Sequence record: LC727695.1
Direction: 5' to 3' (one strand)
Length of the DNA stretch: 64,000 nucleotides
Shown here: positions 33,981 through 43,611 of the stretch, piece by piece
Layout: each line of letters starts with the position of its first letter
How positions within the stretch are numbered: position 1 is the first letter of the stretch
Program-made: the position numbers and the translations under genes
The notes under the pieces: generated by a model
Told to the model about the DNA's origin: nothing
Database searches by the model: none
What the model saw: only the letters and a program-made list of their open reading frames with translations

Positions 33981-34287
33981 CGTTATGTTCAGGTAAGTTC
34001 GCTACGCTTACCCCGCCTCTCGTATTGCAGGCAGCTGCATGTCACCATGCAGACCAGACTATATCTTAACCTTCACCCTAGGTGGTCAGGTCCCTCCCAT
34101 TTCCACTCGCTTGAGTGTACTCCGCGTAACCGGATAGTCGTTGAACGTTCAATCCATTTCTGGAAAGCTTCGCTGCTGATTGTCTCATTGAGATGTCCCA
34201 GCAATTAGAGAGGATTTACTTGACTCTTTCGAGATCAAGCAGGCAATTTGACAATATCCATTCCTGAGAGATGGATGGATATTAATT
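33981..34287 (-). mobile_element. Group I intron without homing endonuclease (307 nt)
   Basis: P1 GGU|AAUU pairs with AAUUGCC with U-G at the splice site; core AAUCAGCAG, GUUCAACGACUA, AAGAUAUAGUC; terminal G before AAG; splicing restores DFHGG-KGVI in frame. Confidence 0.92.
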
Positions 34288-35466
34288 ACCACCATGAAAA
34301 TCAGTCATCTTGAAAGCACCAGCAGGCATCTTTTGGGCTTTGTAAGTTACTTCGACTCGCCATTCATCTAGTGGGTCTAGTCGATAGAATCGAGATAGTT
34401 TACGGACATTATCAGGTTGAGGTAGGAACATCTGTGCAGTTACAATAAGACGTTCAAATTCCTCAGTGATATGTAGATCATCTTTACGACGTGCTAATAG
34501 ACCACGATAGATCTTTAATAGTTCTCGATAATAACTGCTAAGATGAGTATGATATTTAACTAGTTGTGCATCCATTCCTGTTGGAGTAGGGGATGGATTT
34601 ACACGCTCATCACGCCAAATATCAATATCAATAACCTTCGCACCAGGTGTGCCAATAACAGCTCTATCGAAAGTTCTATCTAGTGTACGAAGTGCCCTAG
34701 GAGTCATCTCGGCAGGAGCTAGATCATCATCATGGTCACGGATGGCGAAGATTACACCATCTGGTCGGATAACATCGCCAATGTCTGGGAATGGTTTATA
34801 GACCTTATCATCGCCATACATGTTTAAGAAGAAAGCTTTCCTACCAGCATTAGCTACAGCCGTGCTATAACTAGTTGGCATCATCCTTTTAAGGAAATTC
34901 TTATTAGCTACGAATCCATCTTCAATGGTACCAGCGGCAGATAGGAATACAACATTAGCATTAACACCCATCCCTAAAGTACCGTCTTTCTTAACTGCAC
35001 CAGACTGTGCAATCACTGTGTCTTTAGAGAACATTTCATTTGGGGCAATGGTTTCCCACACTTCTCGATTCTTTACAAGTTCATAACCAAAGTCTTGGTG
35101 ATGACTCATGTACTCGGGAACATGTAAGACACCAATGGTTTTATATTTGTCAAAATAGTTTTCGTAGATAATAGTTGTTACCGGGTTAGATCTAATACTG
35201 TCTTTACCAATACCCGTTGGATATTTTCTAAGAACATGTAGTACACGACAATCCTCAGGAAAACGAACATCATGTGTATACTTGGCATACTCTAATTCAG
35301 CACCCGTTAGGAAATAACGCGATTCATTTCCATTTACTTCTGGTGCCTGGCCAATATGTGTTACAAACATAGCACCCCGTGCAGATGAGGTAGTGCCATA
35401 CCAAGGATCTAAACCAGTATGCCCTAATAGGGTTAGATCAATTTCACGTTTACCTAGTTCAGCCAT
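34288..35466 (-). CDS. nvRNAP beta C-terminal subunit, exon 1 (gp71 part); spliced product 700 aa
   Basis: SSARGAM, LGMGVNANV, IEDG, KMTDFHGG beta motifs; start MAELGKRE at 35466. Confidence 0.9.
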
Positions 35467-35578
35467 TTTGTTTATCACCATTAATTAGACAAGATGCAGT
35501 ACTACTATATTTCTTATTTGCGCTGTTTTTAGATATAGCCTTTTGTAAGACTTCAATGTCTGGTATCACCAATCTCAT
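35459..35578 (-). CDS. Possible 39-aa leader ORF coupled to the nvRNAP beta gene
   Basis: AGGAGGT immediately before the ATG; TGA overlaps ATGGCTGAA of the next gene. Confidence 0.3.
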   Translation of the reverse strand: MRLVIPDIEVLQKAISKNSANKKYSSTASCLINGDKQNG

Positions 35579-35604
35579 ACCTCCTGTTTACTAATTACAA
35601 ATCA

Positions 35605-35629
35605 ATGATATAGATCTTAAATAAAATTT
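35605..35629 (-). promoter_or_regulatory. Early promoter motif upstream of nvRNAP beta/beta-prime/helicase operon
   Basis: Minus strand AAATTTTATTTAAGATCTATATCAT. Confidence 0.65.
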
Positions 35630-35642
35630 ATTGGAATTTATT

Positions 35643-36005
35643 ATGGCATTCACACTGTTAGCTAATCAGCCAGATTCAGGTGAATCTGTTTATTATGAAC
35701 CAGGGTTCAGATTAATTATTGAGACTCATTTGAATATCTTACGTAATGTCAGATCCACACGTATTCAGATTCCACCTGAACTGTATTACCAGTTCGAAGG
35801 AAACTTTTATGGATACATGGCAGAACGCCGTGTCAATCCTGATATGTGGTGGATTCAAATGCGTGTTAATGGTTTAGTTAGCCCTTATGATTTTGGTAAA
35901 GTTCTAAGGGATCCTTCAGCTAATGATTACACCAGCTATTTAATCATACCGAATAACGACATGATTCAACACCTCGTTAGCTTATATCAAACTAAAAAGT
36001 TTTAA
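35643..36005 (+). CDS. Possible baseplate wedge protein, T4 gp53/LysM-like
   Basis: DMWWIQMRVNGLVSPYDF resembles the gp53-family W-xI-xxxN-xxxP motif; ATG at 35643. Confidence 0.45.
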   Translation: MAFTLLANQPDSGESVYYEPGFRLIIETHLNILRNVRSTRIQIPPELYYQFEGNFYGYMAERRVNPDMWWIQMRVNGLVSPYDFGKVLRDPSANDYTSYLIIPNNDMIQHLVSLYQTKKF

Positions 36006-36010
36006 AGCAA

Positions 36011-36042
36011 GCCAGGGGACCCTTAGGCCCCCTGGTTTATGC
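36011..36042. terminator. Bidirectional terminator
   Basis: CCAGGGG...CCCCTGG between convergent genes. Confidence 0.75.
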
Positions 36043-36046
36043 CGTG

Positions 36047-37438
36047 TTACAGTAGACGACCTATCATTTGGTTTCCACCTAGATTCATCATCGCGGTGTT
36101 ACCATTACCAGCTAGAGCGGGGTTTAGTGCTTGTGCAAATCCACCACCCATCGGCATTTGATTGCCCATGAGTTGCATCATTTGCGGATGCATATTAGCC
36201 ATCATTGGTTGCTGTGGCTGCATCATCCCAGGCATTGCAAAGTTATTGTTCATCATAACAGGTTGTTGCATCATTCCGGGTTGAGCAAATTGGTTTTTCT
36301 GCCCAGCGTTTAGAAGATCTTGGATAGATGCTTTATTGCTAGTTTGAACTTGTTGTGCGGGACGTTGAGGTGCCTTAGTCATTGCTACAGCTTGACTCAT
36401 AGATGGATTAACATTCACAGTTGTGCCTACTGGTACACGTGTAGAAGTAGTTTGTTCTTTAGCAGTATTACCCACTTTAACTACACTATCCTTTTTCTGG
36501 ACAGGAATTTGGGCAACTGGGTTTACAGTTTCAGAAGCTTCTTCTTCTACTTCATTGCTGACTCCTTCATTACCATCAAGAGAGGGGATCTCACGTTGCA
36601 TCTTTGCAAAATCAGCAATCACCTTCTCATCAACTTTTGAATAAGGTTGAATAGCATCATCGAAGATCAGACGATACTTATCAATAACACTATTTAGTTG
36701 AGTAGTGATTTTGTTAAATGCCTGGATAAGACATACAAAATAAGGTGCTACCCGCTCAACTGTTCCTGCTGAATATTCAGTTGGTGAATCACCAAATGGT
36801 ACAACTAGTTTAAATAGTTCGATTAGAACTGGCCGCTGTTTCTTAGGTACATTTACTCCAAGGATATCATCTTTAGAATAAAGATCCTCTACGATAGGGA
36901 ACCGAATAACGCAGATACGGTTAACTGTCTTCCCATCAAATTTACCATTTGCTTTTAGATACACGCTTACAAAACGTGAACGTTTTTCAGCAGCTTTGAC
37001 AACCTTATTAAACCACTCAATGGTATCTGGCTTAGCACCGGATAGTTTCTTTAGGAAGTCTGAACATTCTGGTGGAATGTCTTTATGCAGAGTGGAGTCG
37101 GCAGCTACTTCTAAAATACGTGAAGTAAGATACTTCACAGTAAACATTAGATTAGCCTTAACTTGACGCTGCATATGCTGTAGTACTTGAGAAGTACCTA
37201 GCCGAGAGATCTTTTCAGATAGCGGGTGGAAGGCGATGTAATCATCGCCTAGCCCTTTACGAAGCCAATCTTTAGTAGGTACCACTAGTCGCTTACCATC
37301 TACCTTTGCAGGTGCAGGTCGACCAAGTGGATCGAGAATACTGATCATATCCTCTTCACCTACTTTGTATCGGAAAGCAGGTAATACTTGATCACTATAG
37401 AACTTGGAAAGAGAAATCGTAGGCATTGTTATCACCAA
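36047..37438 (-). CDS. Conserved core protein with Met/Gln/Pro-rich tail (gp70-like)
   Basis: 463 aa (ATG 37426 likely); C-terminal ~90 aa low-complexity. Confidence 0.75.
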   Translation of the reverse strand: MVITMPTISLSKFYSDQVLPAFRYKVGEEDMISILDPLGRPAPAKVDGKRLVVPTKDWLRKGLGDDYIAFHPLSEKISRLGTSQVLQHMQRQVKANLMFTVKYLTSRILEVAADSTLHKDIPPECSDFLKKLSGAKPDTIEWFNKVVKAAEKRSRFVSVYLKANGKFDGKTVNRICVIRFPIVEDLYSKDDILGVNVPKKQRPVLIELFKLVVPFGDSPTEYSAGTVERVAPYFVCLIQAFNKITTQLNSVIDKYRLIFDDAIQPYSKVDEKVIADFAKMQREIPSLDGNEGVSNEVEEEASETVNPVAQIPVQKKDSVVKVGNTAKEQTTSTRVPVGTTVNVNPSMSQAVAMTKAPQRPAQQVQTSNKASIQDLLNAGQKNQFAQPGMMQQPVMMNNNFAMPGMMQPQQPMMANMHPQMMQLMGNQMPMGGGFAQALNPALAGNGNTAMMNLGGNQMIGRLL

Positions 37439-39068
37439 ATTTAGGATTGATTTGAGCAGGTTGAGCTACAGGATGTTGATACGGTTGCATGTTAACCGGC
37501 TGACCACTACTGTTTAGAATGTTTTGTTGAGTCTTAGTTGGGATAACATTCTTAACAAGATAGGTAAGGTCATTAGAGATCATAGCCGGTGCAGATGCAT
37601 CCCGAGTAATGACTGGACTAAACAGACTATCAATGAAGGTCGGTGCGATGAATCGTTCTACCGATTCATGATTTAGACTGATATCAATAACAGTATCACC
37701 AGCTAAGTCAGAGTGCATGGAAATTTTAAACGGAATCTGGTTACCATAAGAGATACTGTTAATCGCATCGGTAATAAGACGACGTTCAAAGTCATTAATC
37801 TGTGGAGTCATATCAATTCCATCCATGATACTCCTGGTACCATTTGGATGCATTTCGAATAGATAGTTATTCGCTCCATGTCCATTTGTAATTGCAAAGG
37901 AGGTTACCCGGAAATAGTTATCCATCATGATTGCTGGAACTACTTGTGCAAGTAGAGATGCTGCAACAGTGTGATGATCTGCACCACCCCAATGCATGGA
38001 ATGCTCTGCTCGGTTAACGAAGCGTTGAGAATTACCATTATCCATACCAGCTTTAACTACACCATCAACCAGTAGTTCAGGGAATACTCGTTGTAGGTCA
38101 GCCAGTGTAACAAAGCCACGTTCCATGTAATTGCAGCGTTCTTTTAGAATGCGCATGAACATATTGGAATGGATATCTTGATTTCGAAGTACAGCAGATG
38201 CATCGCCTAGCATCACTTCATCAGAGACACCTCCAAAGATATTATCGTTATCATTATTAGCCATCTCAGCTTCTTTAACAGAATGCTGCCATGCATTAAG
38301 AGTACTAGATAGATAACGAGTAGGAGAAGTATCACGGCGATTTGAATATTGGAAAGTGCCTGCTTCACCAACACTGGAGCGTTGGTCAATGATCCGGTCA
38401 AATACGCCTTGATGTAGTCCAGTTGATTCAATGCGTTTAGCTACTTGCATCGTTTGCTGAATTTGGAAAACATCTTCTGGTCGTTGGAGATATGATGAAG
38501 TTCCAGTATACATGCTAAACCCGTTCTGAGGGATAGTAATATCACTCATGATATCGACGGGTGCAAGGATCTGGTTAGAACCTAGGATATGTGCTTGTTT
38601 GACTACACCGAACTCAGTTGGTCGTTGGCGCTCTACAATAACAGTTTCACTATTAAAATAGATACGCATGTTAGGATCTAGACTATTGCTAAGCGGACTA
38701 ATAGAGCAATGGTCAGAGCAACCAAATAGAATCCGGCAAGTACGGGTATTACCAAAGAAACGGTTATTCTCCCATACTTTCATCATGAACCTAAACCGGC
38801 GCTCACCCCAACCATTGACGATAGGGACTTCACCTTGAGTTTGAGCACGTGGTGCAATCACATCAGCTGCAATTTGCTGCACAGCTGCAACACCTAGATT
38901 ACGACCATCATTAGTTGCTTCTTTTAAACGTTCAATAGAGTTCTCAGTGACCTCTACCGTAAATGGTCGAACATGCTCAGGTTGATAAGTACCAGTCTGT
39001 ACTAGAATGAATGATTCAATCTGTACTTCAGTATTACCACCCATTGCTGAATTATTAAAACCTAACAT
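37395..39068 (-). CDS. picA: Phage-nucleus protein import factor PicA/Imp1 (gp69-like)
   Basis: 557 aa, located between nvRNAP gp68-like and gp70-like genes; W.ERRFRFMM and RDTSPTRYL motifs recalled for this core family. Confidence 0.72.
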   Translation of the reverse strand: MLGFNNSAMGGNTEVQIESFILVQTGTYQPEHVRPFTVEVTENSIERLKEATNDGRNLGVAAVQQIAADVIAPRAQTQGEVPIVNGWGERRFRFMMKVWENNRFFGNTRTCRILFGCSDHCSISPLSNSLDPNMRIYFNSETVIVERQRPTEFGVVKQAHILGSNQILAPVDIMSDITIPQNGFSMYTGTSSYLQRPEDVFQIQQTMQVAKRIESTGLHQGVFDRIIDQRSSVGEAGTFQYSNRRDTSPTRYLSSTLNAWQHSVKEAEMANNDNDNIFGGVSDEVMLGDASAVLRNQDIHSNMFMRILKERCNYMERGFVTLADLQRVFPELLVDGVVKAGMDNGNSQRFVNRAEHSMHWGGADHHTVAASLLAQVVPAIMMDNYFRVTSFAITNGHGANNYLFEMHPNGTRSIMDGIDMTPQINDFERRLITDAINSISYGNQIPFKISMHSDLAGDTVIDISLNHESVERFIAPTFIDSLFSPVITRDASAPAMISNDLTYLVKNVIPTKTQQNILNSSGQPVNMQPYQHPVAQPAQINPKFGDNNAYDFSFQVL

Positions 39069-39084
39069 AGAACTACCTCAATTA

Positions 39085-40650
39085 TTACTGATTAAGTTTA
39101 CCCAGATGAATTACCAGTTCGGTGATCACCGACTTAATTGTGGCCGGTACAACAAGGACTTTATTCTGAGTTACCTGTTCTGCTTCTTTGAATAAACGAT
39201 CGGGTCCATGATAGATCCAGTTACTAGATCTAATGGATGCATGTGCAGATTGCACAGCAATGCCCGCAATATTTACAGGTGCTACTGGAACACCATTAAT
39301 AGCTCGCTGTTGTCGTTGATGTGGATAAAGCTCATCCATTACGTCCTTATATTTAATTTGAATACGTGTACTATTACGTGGTTGAATGGACATTGCATGT
39401 TCACCACTATAATACAACTCTACTTGCATAAATACAGCAACTTGTTGGAAACCCCAATGCCACATTAGTGACTGAGCTGCTGCCAACAAATGGTTAACTG
39501 CATTTTTATTAATGTGGCTGAATGCTCTTGCAGGGAAAGCTTTGTGCATCACCCATTGTGCAAGTAATATCTGGTGTGGATAGATATCTTTAGTAGCTGT
39601 AACTGCAACGCAATCTAGACATTCCTGAATTAACTCTACTGGGACAGTGTCATCGATTTTGTGAACCAGTTTAACTACATCAAGAGCATCTAAGTTATAA
39701 GCTACGATATCACCAGGAGTAACTCGCTGTTTAGTTTTATGCGATTCGATAAATGATGTTTTATCATCATCATCAATACCACCTTTATCTGGCCGTTTAT
39801 CATTAACCCGGTCAGCAGTTGATCGTTCAGCAGGGTTTAGATTTGACTTAACATATCTAAACATATTTGAAACGATGGAATGTGAGGTGGCATCGTTTAA
39901 TGGTAGGATGGTTAATCGCCTAACCATAACTTTAGCCTGTAAGATATCCGGCACTTCAGCTGAACTCATACCTCTATAAAGGTTGGCTAAGGTGGGTGCT
40001 TCATCTTCTACACAAAACTTAACATATGCACTTAGCTTATCATAAGCTGTTTCTACTGGAGTTCCATCAATTGATATTTCATCAACAGGCCAATGGTTAA
40101 CCTCACAATCCGAGATGAGACTAATTACTTCACACTCTTTATGCATTTCCTGAGAAGTGCCCTGATCAATAAACTCGCCCCAAATAGGTACTAAAGGACG
40201 AAGAGCTAGTGATACAGATGCAAGGTTAATATAGTCATGTTTCAGATATGTTTGATCTGGTCGATTATATCGTGAATCATCAGTGATAACTTCTTCAATA
40301 TCTACTGGAATATAAAGTTTACCAATAGTTAGTAGCCATCGCCGAAAACTGTTCATCGGCATGGCTTTATACATCTCTTTGATGTAATAGGATAGACTCA
40401 TTGCAATCCTCATCGGATCCATAGCCATATCCATGATCTTACGAATTTCTACATAACAATTCCAGATATGTTGTTGTGTCTCAGCACTTAGGCCACTCCA
40501 ATAATCATTGATTTCTTGGAATACGCGTTGTTGATCTTGTACACGGATTTTACTATAAGCCGTAGTTGTCCAAGTTAAACGTTTACCATTGTGTTCTGTA
40601 GCCACTTCAGTAAAACCAGTACCTTGAACTCCTGTAACGATGATTTGCAT
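39085..40650 (-). CDS. nvRNAP promoter-specificity subunit (gp68-like)
   Basis: 521 aa from MQIIVTGVQG with AGAGG RBS; size and synteny match phiKZ gp68. Confidence 0.85.
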   Translation of the reverse strand: MQIIVTGVQGTGFTEVATEHNGKRLTWTTTAYSKIRVQDQQRVFQEINDYWSGLSAETQQHIWNCYVEIRKIMDMAMDPMRIAMSLSYYIKEMYKAMPMNSFRRWLLTIGKLYIPVDIEEVITDDSRYNRPDQTYLKHDYINLASVSLALRPLVPIWGEFIDQGTSQEMHKECEVISLISDCEVNHWPVDEISIDGTPVETAYDKLSAYVKFCVEDEAPTLANLYRGMSSAEVPDILQAKVMVRRLTILPLNDATSHSIVSNMFRYVKSNLNPAERSTADRVNDKRPDKGGIDDDDKTSFIESHKTKQRVTPGDIVAYNLDALDVVKLVHKIDDTVPVELIQECLDCVAVTATKDIYPHQILLAQWVMHKAFPARAFSHINKNAVNHLLAAAQSLMWHWGFQQVAVFMQVELYYSGEHAMSIQPRNSTRIQIKYKDVMDELYPHQRQQRAINGVPVAPVNIAGIAVQSAHASIRSSNWIYHGPDRLFKEAEQVTQNKVLVVPATIKSVITELVIHLGKLNQ

Positions 40651-40683
40651 TTTAACCTCTTTTACCAATGTAGATACATGTTA

Positions 40684-40707
40684 GTAATATAGATCTCAAA
40701 TTTTTTT
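40684..40707 (-). promoter_or_regulatory. Early promoter for gp68-69-70-like operon
   Basis: Minus strand AAAAAAATTTGAGATCTATATTAC (exact TATATTAC). Confidence 0.75.
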
Positions 40708-40774
40708 AGTATAACGGTATTTAGTGCTGAGGGCATATCGGTGCCTACTTCGAGAGTAAGCACCGAAATATGTT

Positions 40775-41515
40775 TTAGAAGGAAGGCATATCCTCATCAA
40801 AAGCTGAGTCATTATAACTATTATTAGCCGGCTTAGCATAACTATTATTGCCACCGTTGTTATAGTTATTGCGCTGACCACCGTTATTGTAACCACCGCT
40901 ATTACCATTACCCTGATTGAAATTAGCAGGGTTAGATACACCTTTAGCATCTGGATCGAATTCAGTTACTAGAAGATGCATTACTAGTTTATATGCGGGG
41001 TCTAGGAAACCGTATGCATAAGCATCAGACATTTCCTTAGGTGATAGCTGACTACCATCTGCTTTGCGGATATCATGGAATTGGGACGGGCCAAAGAAGA
41101 ATTTGATCTTTGGACGATCAGGTTGAGTGCTCAGCACTGCGATGTAAATTCGACCATCTTGTGCACGGCCAACATGTAGCTTAGAAAGCTCAATAAAATT
41201 ATCACGCTTTTTACCAGCTACGAAGTTATTGCGGTAAACAAAGACGCGTTCAGTATCTTCAGTTTTACCTTCAATTAAGTCCATTGCAAACTTAATGAAA
41301 CATGCAAAGGTTGCTAGGTCAGTATTGAACTCAATTTTACCATGGTCTTTATCACCAGGTACATTAGTACGAACAGTAACCCGTGGTTGGTTTTTAAACA
41401 GACCAAATCGTAGCGTCGGTCGTTTTTGAGAACCCTCACATGGTTTGGCATGTAGCCAAGTATTCATTACGTTAAAAGGGTTAACTACGGGTGCATTAGG
41501 CTGCTGTTGTGACAT
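40775..41515 (-). CDS. chmC: Nucleus-associated RNA/ssDNA-binding protein ChmC (gp67-like)
   Basis: 246 aa, beta-rich core plus Asn/Gly-rich disordered tail ending DEDMPSF; immediately upstream of gp68-like gene. Confidence 0.7.
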   Translation of the reverse strand: MSQQQPNAPVVNPFNVMNTWLHAKPCEGSQKRPTLRFGLFKNQPRVTVRTNVPGDKDHGKIEFNTDLATFACFIKFAMDLIEGKTEDTERVFVYRNNFVAGKKRDNFIELSKLHVGRAQDGRIYIAVLSTQPDRPKIKFFFGPSQFHDIRKADGSQLSPKEMSDAYAYGFLDPAYKLVMHLLVTEFDPDAKGVSNPANFNQGNGNSGGYNNGGQRNNYNNGGNNSYAKPANNSYNDSAFDEDMPSF

Positions 41516-41601
41516 GATGTGATAACTCCAAATTAAAACTAGATTCTTTTAACTAGATGGGAAATGATTTCTACGTAATATTATCGCAACAAGTATTTCT
41601 T

Positions 41602-42432
41602 CTATTTGAATTTCTTGTATGCTTCTTTTAACTCTTTAGAACCATAAGCAGTAATGTCATGATGAACTTTATCTGGTGTTGTTAATCCTGTCCATTTTCT
41701 AGATTGTGCCAATTGTTTTAATTGCGCACGAATAGCTTTGTCTTGTGGTTCAAGTAATTGTTTATCGCCAAATATCTGTATAGCAAATGATGTAAAAGGA
41801 AATGGAGTATCTTCTTTTAAACCATTTAGTTTAGTATACCACATGTTGTATGTCTTTATTTTACCCGTATGGGATTCCAATAAAAGAAGTCTATTAAAAT
41901 GGGGTTTCCATAATAGTTCATGTGGGAAATGGGTTAATAGTAAAACAGTACCTTCAACCTTTGGAGGTTTATTAGATATTTCCATTGTAGTTAAATCTGT
42001 ATCTTTTAACTTCTGGTATAGTTCAATTGATACAAATCGTTCATAAACATCATAAGCTAATTGTTGCGGTGTTCGTGATACTTTAAATGTAGCTTTAGGG
42101 AATAACCACTTCACTGCATCTCGACCAGTAATGTAATATTTTACAGTTGCTTTTATCCCCGATTGCCGTAAAGCAACCGGGATTGTTTGTGCTTCTTGAA
42201 ATAAAACATCGACTGCTGCAACCAAGTTAATATTAGTTTGTTGTTCAGACTTCATAGCCTGCCACATATTTCTTGCAAGAGTACGGACATTAATCCATAT
42301 TTCTTTAATAGACTTAACATCAGTTGGTTGTCTAGGCTTTTGTGGATGTGTTCCTATAAGCCCTTCGAGAGCAAAAGAAGTTCCAATGCTAATCGGAATA
42401 TTAGCACCTACATCTCTCTCGATAATATCCAT
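41602..42432 (-). CDS. Conserved core protein, possible degenerate 5' nuclease fold (gp66-like)
   Basis: 276 aa; IWINVRTLARN, LLLTHFPHELL and IFGDK spaced like FEN/RNase H-type motifs but lacking several acidic residues. Confidence 0.5.
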   Translation of the reverse strand: MDIIERDVGANIPISIGTSFALEGLIGTHPQKPRQPTDVKSIKEIWINVRTLARNMWQAMKSEQQTNINLVAAVDVLFQEAQTIPVALRQSGIKATVKYYITGRDAVKWLFPKATFKVSRTPQQLAYDVYERFVSIELYQKLKDTDLTTMEISNKPPKVEGTVLLLTHFPHELLWKPHFNRLLLLESHTGKIKTYNMWYTKLNGLKEDTPFPFTSFAIQIFGDKQLLEPQDKAIRAQLKQLAQSRKWTGLTTPDKVHHDITAYGSKELKEAYKKFK

Positions 42433-42444
42433 TATTATTGCCTT

Positions 42445-43611
42445 TTATTTGAACTCTGTCAATAATCCCAATACCCGCTGGATCTGAGCAGCGTCCGCTG
42501 TAAATTTTTCAATATCTGGAATAATTAAATCAGAAATACTTTCTGGAGTTATATCCAAAAATTCTGATAAATCAAAATTCTTTAGGCTATCTGACACAGT
42601 ATTTTTCTTTGTAGTAACTTTTTCAATTAAGATACTCCATGAAAAATTAGGATATTCATTTTGAAATGTATCGAGATCACCAGTAGCTACATCACCTGGA
42701 TTACATCTTAACCTAATTGCAGAGTTAGTTGGTAGTGTCTTGATATGTTCTTTAACAGTGTAATTAAGTTGCTTAGTATCCATTCCATGGACATTCAAAG
42801 TATCGTATCTACGCGCACCCTTATTCTCAAGGAATGTAGCAGTCCATTCGCCATTTTCTTTCACCACAACATCAAATAATCCTTTTGGAATTTCATCGTT
42901 GTGACTTAATCGGTCAAATCCACCGGCAGCTAAAATGCGTTCATAGATAGACATCTCATGAACATGTCCACCATTGATCATATATTTAGTTAATGCTAAA
43001 TATTCATCTGGATCATGTGTTGGCTCTTCAACAATGCTAGGTAGCTGGTGTTTAAATGCACCATGTAAAATAGTAAAGTCAACTTGAGATATACCTTTCT
43101 TATGCATTAAATCTTTTACTTGATTTAAAGTCTCTGATGTGGATGGATTCCATTTATCAGGGACATAAAGGAAATATGCATCTAGTTTCTCAATATACTC
43201 GATATCGAGAATCTTTGAATAATGCAAATCAACTTTAATATTAGCATTATTCTTTTGTTCTACGAAAAACTGCATTTGCCCACGATCGTGTGATGGAGTC
43301 CCTTCAACAATACGGATCATTACATTATACATTTCACATTTGTAGAGAAGTATTGTAATAAATCTATCAATTGCGTATGCAGCTGGATCACCATTGTTTA
43401 ATTGGCGATCAAATAAATCCCCTGTAATAATCAACATATCAATATCTTTTAAAATTGTATCAGGGACAGTTTTCCAAAAGTTATTGATGATTAATTCAGT
43501 AGGGGTTTGGCGATGCCCCATATGGACATCGCCTACTGTTAAATATCGAAATATGCCAGGTTTCTTTGTTTTATCAGTCTTCATATTCGTCACCGTAAAC
43601 ACATTCATCAT
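42445..43611 (-). CDS. sbcD: SbcD/Mre11-like metallophosphoesterase nuclease (gp65-like)
   Basis: GDVHMG, ITGDLFD, EGTPSHD, LHG, GGHVH motifs. Confidence 0.88.
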   Translation of the reverse strand: MMNVFTVTNMKTDKTKKPGIFRYLTVGDVHMGHRQTPTELIINNFWKTVPDTILKDIDMLIITGDLFDRQLNNGDPAAYAIDRFITILLYKCEMYNVMIRIVEGTPSHDRGQMQFFVEQKNNANIKVDLHYSKILDIEYIEKLDAYFLYVPDKWNPSTSETLNQVKDLMHKKGISQVDFTILHGAFKHQLPSIVEEPTHDPDEYLALTKYMINGGHVHEMSIYERILAAGGFDRLSHNDEIPKGLFDVVVKENGEWTATFLENKGARRYDTLNVHGMDTKQLNYTVKEHIKTLPTNSAIRLRCNPGDVATGDLDTFQNEYPNFSWSILIEKVTTKKNTVSDSLKNFDLSEFLDITPESISDLIIPDIEKFTADAAQIQRVLGLLTEFK

